Source: Candidatus Sericytochromatia bacterium (GTDB lineage Bacteria; Cyanobacteriota; Sericytochromatia; S15B-MN24; JAQBPE01). From it: a DNA stretch of 10,175 nucleotides. Of the stretch, positions 1 to 6,480 are shown in pieces. Positions within the stretch are counted from its first letter, which is position 1; each line of letters begins with the position of its first letter. Position numbers and translations under genes: made by a program. Below the pieces are notes generated by a model, which worked only from the letters and a program-made list of their open reading frames with translations, was not told the DNA's origin and did no database searches. Where the stretch lies: the NCBI GenBank assembly GCA_035285125.1, contig JAYKHR010000134.1:1-10175 (forward strand). Reading direction: 5' to 3'.

Positions 1-1
1 C

Positions 2-558
<557 letters not shown>

Positions 559-661
559 GGGAGGTCCTCCGGCAAGGCGCACGAGCGCTGTGTACCCCGA
601 AAGCGGGGTATATGGGACGCGTCTGCAGGCCCTGAGGGCCCGGCGCTGGAGGACCCTCCCC

Positions 662-1198
662 ATGGCGGCGATCGACCCCCGCGCACGCCCGCGCACCCCG
701 CGTGCCACCGCCCTGACGCTCGCCTTGGTCGCGCTCGGGAGCCCGAGCGCGCTGCCCGAGGCTGCCCAGGCCACGGAGGCGGCCGCCACCCGCGGCCTGC
801 CGCCCGCCGTGGCCCGGACCCGCGAGGCCCTGCTGCGCCTCGCCAGCCACCACGACTATGACGGCCTCGCCCGGCTCGCGCTGGCGCCCGGCAAGGGGTT
901 CGTCTACCACCTCGGCTTCGAGCAGCGCCGCCCCGCCGCCTACTGGCGGCAGCGGGCGGCCCGCGGCGAGGCCCCGCTGCTCAAGCTGGTCGCCCTGATG
1001 CGCCTGCGGCCCGTGCAGAGCCGGGGCGTGTTCCTGTGGCCCGCCGCGGCGATGAACCCCGACGAGACGGCCTGGGCCGACCTCAAGGGCCTCTACCCCG
1101 CCACCCGCATCGAGCGTTTCCGGCAGGAGGGCTACACGGGCTGGCGCACGGGCATCGACGCGCAGGGCCGCTGGACGATGTTCCTCGCCGGCTCCTGA
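662..1198 (+). CDS. Secreted conserved hypothetical protein (~178 aa)
   Basis: ATG at 662 with GGAGG at 648-652, then a basic and hydrophobic signal-like N-terminus. LPPAVARTREALL...FLWP...GYTGWRTGIDAQGRWTMFLAGS resembles a widespread uncharacterised family ending Y.G.R.GI..DG.W..F.AG(D/S). Codon usage is GC3-rich. Confidence 0.75.
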   Translation: MAAIDPRARPRTPRATALTLALVALGSPSALPEAAQATEAAATRGLPPAVARTREALLRLASHHDYDGLARLALAPGKGFVYHLGFEQRRPAAYWRQRAARGEAPLLKLVALMRLRPVQSRGVFLWPAAAMNPDETAWADLKGLYPATRIERFRQEGYTGWRTGIDAQGRWTMFLAGS

Positions 1199-2281
1199 TC
1201 AGGGCGTGACGAGCGGCTCTGGCGGCGGCTCTGCGGGGACGGTCTCCAGCAGGGGCGGCCGGGGGTCGTCGGCGGGCGCAGGCGAGTCCGTGGATGGCCC
1301 CCCCAGCGACGGCGCGGCAGGCAGGGCGGACCCGGCCCCGCCCGGGGCCTCCTCGGGGGGCGGCGCGGTCGGCGCAGGCGGGGGCAGCTTCGGGCCGGCC
1401 TGGCGGCTCACGTCGCGGACGATGCCGTCCCGGCTGGCAATCGCGGCAGCGACGCGGCGCCAGTCCAGGCGGCCGAGGGCGCCAGCGTCCCGGGCCAGGG
1501 CGCGCACGGCGGCCCGGTAGTCGAACCCCGCCTCGTAGATGTCCGGGTAGGCCGAGAGCCACACGCCCCGAGCATCCGCCGCGAGCAGCACGGGCTGGTA
1601 CACCACCCGGATCGGCGTGCCGATCCAGATGCGGTCGTAGAGGTCCTTGATGTCGGCCGCGCGGAAGCGCACGCAGCCGTGGGAGGCGTAGCGCTTGATC
1701 GAGGTCGGGGCGTTGGTGCCGTGCATGCCGAACTGGCCGTTCCAGAACCCGATCCAGCGGGGCCCGAGGGGGTTGGCGGGGCCCGGAGGCACCTCCGTGC
1801 GCACCGGCTGGCCGCGCGACGCCATCTCCTTCTGGATGGAGGCCGGCACATACCACGTCGGGTTCTTCTCTTTCGAGACCACGCGCGTCAGCCCCACGGG
1901 CACGGGGCGGTCGGGCGTGGAGACGGCCACGGGGTAGTCCCGCTCCAGCCGGCCGTCATGCACGAGGTAGGCGTGGGCCTCAGGCACGTTGAGCACCACC
2001 CCCTGCACGGCTGCCTCGAAGCGCGGCGTGATGCGGCGGGTGTCGACGCGAAGGCGCCCCCCGCCGAGCCGGCTGATGCGAACGGGGTTGACGCCGTGGT
2101 GCACGGCGACCCAGGCCGCGGACTCCCCGCGCCGCAGGGCCTGCCGGAGCACCGCCCCAGTCAGCGCCCCGGGCCGGCACACCAGCCAGGCGGAAGCCTC
2201 GGCGGGCGCGAGCAGGGCGAGGACCCCTGCGGCAGCCAGGGGCACCACCAGACCCAGAAGCCCGAGCCCGCGGGGCGCCAC
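1199..2281 (-). CDS. L,D-transpeptidase (YkuD/ErfK-YbiS-YcfS-like) with degenerate LysM-like N-terminus and acidic Pro-rich tail
   Basis: Contains VVLNVPEAHAYL, YPVAV, KEKNPTWYVPASI and VPPGPANPLGPRWI, plus the catalytic motif GMHGT...ASHGCVR. N-terminal signal peptide. GTG start preceded by GGAGG inside the last codons of the upstream gene. Confidence 0.93.
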   Translation of the reverse strand: MAPRGLGLLGLVVPLAAAGVLALLAPAEASAWLVCRPGALTGAVLRQALRRGESAAWVAVHHGVNPVRISRLGGGRLRVDTRRITPRFEAAVQGVVLNVPEAHAYLVHDGRLERDYPVAVSTPDRPVPVGLTRVVSKEKNPTWYVPASIQKEMASRGQPVRTEVPPGPANPLGPRWIGFWNGQFGMHGTNAPTSIKRYASHGCVRFRAADIKDLYDRIWIGTPIRVVYQPVLLAADARGVWLSAYPDIYEAGFDYRAAVRALARDAGALGRLDWRRVAAAIASRDGIVRDVSRQAGPKLPPPAPTAPPPEEAPGGAGSALPAAPSLGGPSTDSPAPADDPRPPLLETVPAEPPPEPLVTP

Positions 2282-2284
2282 GGC

Positions 2285-3445
2285 TCAGCCTCCCTGCGGG
2301 TACGCGGGCCAACCCGGCGGCCGGCGCAGGCCCGGCGTGGGGCTCGGCGGCGTCGGCGTGGGGGTGGCGGTGGGCGAAGCCGAGGGCGCGGGCGTCGGCG
2401 TGGGCGTCGCCACGGGGGACGGGGAGGCCGCAGGCACGGCGATGGGCGTGACGAGGGGGTGCGGGGAGCGGGCGGGGCGCGCCGTCGGGGAGGGCGAGGG
2501 GCTCGGCGGCGGGTTGCCGATGTCCACGAGGATGCCGTCGCGGTCGCGCAGGGCGCGCTCGAGCGAGACGGGGTGGATGCGCCGCGTGACGCCAGCCCGC
2601 CTGGCAAGGGCCGCGATGGCGGCCCGGTAGTCGTAGCCCGTGCTGTAGTAGTCGGGGTAGATCGAGACCCAGACGGCCTTGTCGTCGACGGCCATCGTGA
2701 CGGGCTGGTAGATGACGTTCACGGGCATGCCGACGCGTACGCGCTCGTAGAGGTCCTCGATGTCGTCGCGCAAGAAACGCACGCACCCGTGGGAGGCGTA
2801 GCGCTTGATGGACCAGGGCATCGTGGTGCCGTGGAACCCGAAGGTGTTGTCGGCGAACCCGATCCAGCGCGACCCCAGCGGGTTGTCGGGGCCGGGCGGG
2901 ACGCGCGTCTTGACGACGCGACCCTGCTCTGCCATCTCCTTCTGGATGGAGCGGGGCACGAACCAGACGGGGTTGCGCGACATGCTGCGCACGCGGGTGG
3001 GGCCCAGTGGCGCCTTGCGCTCGGCGGTGGAGACGCCGACGGCGTAGTCTCGGAGCAGCTTGCCGTGAGCAAGCAGGTAGACATGGGCCTCCGGGAGGTT
3101 GAGCACCAGCCCATCCGCGTCGGCCGGAAAGCTGGGCCGGACGCGCCGCTGGTCGATGCGGATCGTCTCCCCGACCTCCATCCCGTCGGCCAGCAGCACC
3201 CCGCTCGGGCGCACGATCCGCACGGGGTTGAGCTTGTAGCGCACCCCGAGCTCGTTGAGGTCGTCGCCTGGCTGCACGCGGTGGAGCGTGACGGCCCCCT
3301 CGACGGTGCCTGGCAGCATGTACGGCGCGCCAGACGGCGGCGCGGCGGCACGGCGGGTCATGGCGTGCCCCGCCGGGGCGGCGAGCAGGCCTGCGCCGAC
3401 GGCGAGGCCGGTCAGGCAGCGGATGTAGGGGGGCGAGAGCGTCAC
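2285..3445 (-). CDS. LysM + L,D-transpeptidase (YkuD/ErfK-YbiS-YcfS-like) with Pro/Thr/Ser-rich tail
   Basis: Signal peptide ending AGHA, then LysM-like HRVQPGDDLNELGVRYKLNP...VGETIRI. YkuD motifs LVLNLPEAHVYL, NPVWFVPRSI, PPGPDNPLGSRWI and GFHGT...ASHGCVR. GTG at 3445 has GGAGG upstream. Confidence 0.94.
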   Translation of the reverse strand: MTLSPPYIRCLTGLAVGAGLLAAPAGHAMTRRAAAPPSGAPYMLPGTVEGAVTLHRVQPGDDLNELGVRYKLNPVRIVRPSGVLLADGMEVGETIRIDQRRVRPSFPADADGLVLNLPEAHVYLLAHGKLLRDYAVGVSTAERKAPLGPTRVRSMSRNPVWFVPRSIQKEMAEQGRVVKTRVPPGPDNPLGSRWIGFADNTFGFHGTTMPWSIKRYASHGCVRFLRDDIEDLYERVRVGMPVNVIYQPVTMAVDDKAVWVSIYPDYYSTGYDYRAAIAALARRAGVTRRIHPVSLERALRDRDGILVDIGNPPPSPSPSPTARPARSPHPLVTPIAVPAASPSPVATPTPTPAPSASPTATPTPTPPSPTPGLRRPPGWPAYPQGG

Positions 3446-3527
3446 CGGGAGGCCTCCACGCGGGCCACGACCAGCTCCGCCGGGCCCGCCAGGCGCCGGC
3501 CTTCGGCCGGGCGCACGTCGAAAGCCG

Positions 3528-3557
3528 ATGGTAAGAAGGCAGGCCCAGCATTGTCAA
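3528..3557 (-). promoter_or_regulatory. Putative sigma70-type promoter for the L,D-transpeptidase pair
   Basis: On the minus strand: TTGACA (3557-3552), an 18-nt spacer, then TACCAT (3533-3528), in the 121-nt gap upstream of the LysM-LDT gene. The -35 is the exact consensus, which is notable in such GC-rich DNA. Confidence 0.6.
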
Positions 3558-3566
3558 TGCACGGGG

Positions 3567-4664
3567 TCACGGCGGGCAGCCTTTCAGGCCCCGGCCGTTG
3601 TCGAGGTACAGGAAGGCCTTGGTGAGCGTGGCGGGCGCACCGCCGCCCGCCGGGCGGCCCTGCGCCGTCACGACGTACCCGCCGTCCGGCCAGCGCCCGG
3701 TCTCGATGCGCGCCTGCCAGGTCTGCCCCTTGCGGTCGGCCTGCGCCACCTGCTCGTTGTTGAGCCAGAACGACACCCCGTCGTAGGCCGGCGCGTCGGG
3801 CGGCAGGGAGCACACCAGGCGGGTCGAGCCGCGGGCGACGTGCCGCGAGAGGCGCTGCCCCGGGTAGGTGGCCCGGTTGTCGCCGACGGCCTGGATGGTG
3901 AAGGTGACGTTGAGCCAGGCCTGGCCGAGCTCGGCCACGAGCCGCGCGAGCTCCGGATCGTCCCAGATGACGCGCTTCACCACGTCCTGGCCGTCCACCC
4001 AGCCCACGCGCGGGTCGCCGAGGGCCTCCTGCGCCAGGAAGGCGTCGATGAGGGCGGCGGGCGTGAGGCCCGTCTCCGCGGCGAGCTCGGGCAGCACCAC
4101 CGCCAACCGGGCCTCGATGCGGACCAGCAGGTCGGGCGTCTGGTAGGGATCGAACGACTCGGGCAGCCAGTCCGACCGGGCGATCGCCCGGGCGAGCACC
4201 GTCGAGGCCAGCGAGAGCTCCACGTCGGCAGGGGGGTGGCTCAACACCCGCCGAGGCGGCACCACGCCCTCGAGCAGCCCGACGCACGTCACGGGGGCGC
4301 GCGGCCGGCCAAAGGCATACGCGACCCGCGGCGGGTCGAGCGAGAAGCGGGCCTTGAGGAAGACGGGCTCGCCATCCGGCAGATCCTTCAGCCGGAAGAA
4401 GCCGGCGCCGTCGCTCACCACGGGGGTGGGCTCGGCGCGCGGGGCCTCCGCCAGCGTGACGGCCTCGACCCGGATGCCCGCCGCCTGCGCGTGGCCCACC
4501 CCGAAGGGCGAGTCGCGCAGCACCGGGCTCAGCGTGTGGCCCGTGAGGTCGGCCTTCCCGCTGTTCACGATCAGGGCGTAGGCCAGCGAGGCCCCGACGG
4601 TCGGCGGGGCACCGCAGGCAGCAAGCAGGCCCAAGGCGGGCAGCAGCACGGCCAGGGGACGCAC
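3567..4664 (-). CDS. Predicted lipoprotein (~365 aa) with a carboxypeptidase-regulatory/transthyretin-like beta-sandwich and a C-terminal bacterial Ig-like domain
   Basis: The 3' part of ORF 3567..5498. GTG at 4664, 2 nt after the upstream stop, gives MRPLAVLLPALGLLAA|C (lipobox). VVSDGAGFFRLKDLP is a typical T/S-D..G.F....LP motif. The C-terminal VSFWLNNEQVAQ...WQARIETGRWPDGGYVVTAQG is Ig-like. Confidence 0.75.
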   Translation of the reverse strand: MRPLAVLLPALGLLAACGAPPTVGASLAYALIVNSGKADLTGHTLSPVLRDSPFGVGHAQAAGIRVEAVTLAEAPRAEPTPVVSDGAGFFRLKDLPDGEPVFLKARFSLDPPRVAYAFGRPRAPVTCVGLLEGVVPPRRVLSHPPADVELSLASTVLARAIARSDWLPESFDPYQTPDLLVRIEARLAVVLPELAAETGLTPAALIDAFLAQEALGDPRVGWVDGQDVVKRVIWDDPELARLVAELGQAWLNVTFTIQAVGDNRATYPGQRLSRHVARGSTRLVCSLPPDAPAYDGVSFWLNNEQVAQADRKGQTWQARIETGRWPDGGYVVTAQGRPAGGGAPATLTKAFLYLDNGRGLKGCPP

Positions 4665-4666
4665 CG

Positions 4667-5776
4667 TCAGCCCCCGCCCAGCGTCAGGGCAGGGCCCATG
4701 AGCGTCTCGGTGAAGCCAGGGCCGTAGAGGGTCTGCACGCGGTACCCCAGCCGCAGCCGCAGCGGCCCGAGCTCGCGCTCCAGCCCGGCCTCGGCCGACG
4801 CCCAGGCCAGCAGGGGCAGCCCCGGCAGGCCCAAGTCGAGGCTCGAGAGCAGCGCCGGCGACCAGCCCAGCTCGGTCGTGACGCGCCACCCCGCCAGCCA
4901 CCCGCCCAGGGCGTACACGCCGTTGCCTGCGAGCATCGGGCCGTAGAGCTGTCGGGCGGTGAAGAAGGTGTAGCTGGGGATCGGCGGCGCCCCCGAGTGC
5001 TGCCCCTGGGTGAAGACGCCGAGGGCCCCGGCCCCGAGCCGCGCCCGCCAGGCCTCTCCCGCCAGCCGCCAGCCTCCCCAGGCCTCGGCCTGCAGCTGGG
5101 TGCGGGCGTGCAAGGACAGCGGCAGCAGCCGGTCCTGGAAGGTCACGGAGAAGGCCCGCCCGCGAACCTCGAGGCAGGGCCCCATGCCCTCGGTGATCGG
5201 CGCGGGCAAGGAGAGCGCCACCTGGGCGGTGGGCAGGCCGCGGACGTTTGTGTCGGCATCGCCCGCGCCGAAGACCTCGGCCCAGTTCGTCCAGGCAGCC
5301 CCGGCCTCCAGCACCGTCGCCGCGGCAGCGGGCAACGTGGGGGCGGCCTCGAGCGGGGGACGCGCGCCGGGGATCGACTTGGGGATCAACAGCAGCCGCC
5401 CCCGCGTCGGGTCGTCGAAGACGCGCACGTCGGTGGCCCCGATGACGGTCAGCAGGATGCGGGGCGGGGCGCCGGCGTCCTCGGGCACGGCCAGCCAAGC
5501 CGTCAGCGGGGTGGAGCCGTCCGCGCGATCCCCGCGCGTGACGGCAGGCCGCAGCGAGCTGCCCGGGAAGCTGAGCTCAACCTGCCGCCCGCTACGCCAG
5601 ACCAGCCGGTACGAGGGCATCGCTCCCGCATAGGGCACGGCGAGCGCGCCGCTCTCGCGATCGAAGAGCGGCTGCCCGAGCACCGTCGCCACGGGCACAG
5701 GCTCCAGCTGGGCGCGCGCGGGGGCTGCCGCCAGCACGGCGACGGCCCCCGCGAGGGCCGCGAGGACACGGGCCAT
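4667..5776 (-). CDS. Secreted protein: N-terminal AMIN-like domain fused to a predicted outer-membrane beta-barrel
   Basis: Signal peptide ending ARA|Q. A ~105-aa domain (about nt 5690-5378) is homologous to the three repeats in 6481..8316. The C-terminal ~210 aa has alternating amphipathic strands rich in Gly and aromatic residues (LRLRLGYRVQ, WRVTTELGWSP). Start ATG 5776 (or GTG 5779) overlaps the upstream TGA. Confidence 0.72.
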   Translation of the reverse strand: MARVLAALAGAVAVLAAAPARAQLEPVPVATVLGQPLFDRESGALAVPYAGAMPSYRLVWRSGRQVELSFPGSSLRPAVTRGDRADGSTPLTAWLAVPEDAGAPPRILLTVIGATDVRVFDDPTRGRLLLIPKSIPGARPPLEAAPTLPAAAATVLEAGAAWTNWAEVFGAGDADTNVRGLPTAQVALSLPAPITEGMGPCLEVRGRAFSVTFQDRLLPLSLHARTQLQAEAWGGWRLAGEAWRARLGAGALGVFTQGQHSGAPPIPSYTFFTARQLYGPMLAGNGVYALGGWLAGWRVTTELGWSPALLSSLDLGLPGLPLLAWASAEAGLERELGPLRLRLGYRVQTLYGPGFTETLMGPALTLGGG

Positions 5777-6270
5777 CACGAGCCGCCTCCGGGGGACGCG
5801 GACGGGCTCGGCGAGGGGCTCGGCGAGGGGCTCGGCGAGGGGCTCGGCGAGGGGCTCGGCGACGGGGAAGGGCTCGGCGAAGGGCTCGGCGAAGGGCTCG
5901 GCGAGGGGCTCGGCGACGGGGAAGGGCTCGGGCTGGGCGACGGGGACGGCGTGGGCGTCCGGCTCGGGCTCGGCGTGGGCGTCCGGCTCGGGCTGGCCGA
6001 GGGGCGCACGGACGGGGTCGCCGTGGGCGTGGGCGTGGGCGTGGGCGCCGGCGTGGGGCGGGGCGTGAAGGCCGTCGTGGCGGGGCGCGGCGTCGGCGTG
6101 GGGGTCGGCGTCGGCGTGGGGGACGGCACCTCGACGATCACGATGCCCACCCCGCCCGCAGGGCCAGGCACAAGAGCGCCCGTGTCATAGGGGTTCCGCG
6201 CGCAGGCGCACAGCCCGACCCACAGGGCCAAGGGAAGGATCCGGCTCAGGGCCGGGCTACACCAGCGCAT
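5776..6270 (-). CDS. Predicted lipoprotein consisting almost wholly of Pro-Thr and Ser-Pro repeats
   Basis: MRWCSPALSRILPLALWVGLCA|C (lipobox), about 25 non-repetitive residues, then (PT)n and about 25 SP dipeptides. The stop overlaps the next start (GTGATG), with GGAGG in its last codons. Alternative start GTG at 6273. Confidence 0.7.
   Translation of the reverse strand: MRWCSPALSRILPLALWVGLCACARNPYDTGALVPGPAGGVGIVIVEVPSPTPTPTPTPTPRPATTAFTPRPTPAPTPTPTPTATPSVRPSASPSRTPTPSPSRTPTPSPSPSPSPSPSPSPSPSPSPSPSPSPSPSPSPSPSPSPSPSPSPSPSPSASPGGGS
5804..5950. repeat. Coding tandem repeat, 12-nt unit GGGCTCGGCGA(G/A/C), encoding (Ser-Pro)n on the minus strand
   Basis: Directly visible as gggctcggcgag gggctcggcgag ..., with the variant gggctcggcgacggggaa recurring about 54 nt apart. 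Confidence 0.9.
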
Positions 6271-6273
6271 CAC

Positions 6274-6480
6274 GTCGAGGTTGCGTCCGTCATCGGGTCA
6301 GGGCTCCGACCATCCTAATCGACACGAAGCCGTGCTGCCTGTTGGGACGATCACGCCGCCCGCCCGCGGAGCCTGCCTGCGCCCGCATGGTGAAACGACA
6401 CAGAAATGGAGGGGGCCGGTGTGCTTCAGTAAAGGAACGATGTCCCCCGAACGCGCTTTATGGCCACACAGGGGCCGTGA
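6274..6480. promoter_or_regulatory. Divergent promoter region shared by the two envelope operons
   Basis: A ~207-nt gap between divergently oriented genes with somewhat lower GC than its flanks. No unambiguous -35/-10 pair was identified. Confidence 0.5.

Noticed and set aside
586..640. GAAA-containing hairpin followed by GGGACGC, loosely like a c-di-GMP-I riboswitch
   Set aside because: It lacks the GGCAAA before the stem and the AAA/P2 features after GACGC. The resemblance is too partial to call.
3493..3514. GC hairpin CCGGCC-TTC-GGCCGG as a terminator between the lipoprotein and LDT genes
   Set aside because: There is no U-tract on either strand, and it lies downstream of the predicted LDT promoter. 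At most it is a 5' leader hairpin.
1679..3625. Long alternative-frame ORFs (1679..3625 +, 1980..3557 -, 3528..4727 +, 4997..6190 +, 6873..7667 -, 7525..8718 - and others)
   Set aside because: These are shadow ORFs expected in very GC-rich DNA. They have low-complexity Arg/Gly/Ala/Pro translations and overlap genes with clear motifs, signal peptides and RBSs.
4665..5498. N-terminal extension of ORF 3567..5498 (643 aa)
   Set aside because: It overlaps the barrel gene in another frame and is Arg-rich junk. A clean lipoprotein signal starts at GTG 4664.
2285..5795. Several proteins ending in Gly-Gly (QGG, LGGG, PGGGS) as a shared C-terminal conjugation or sorting motif
   Set aside because: Each coincides with the GGAGG/GGGGG ribosome-binding site of the translationally coupled downstream gene, which explains the Gly codons.
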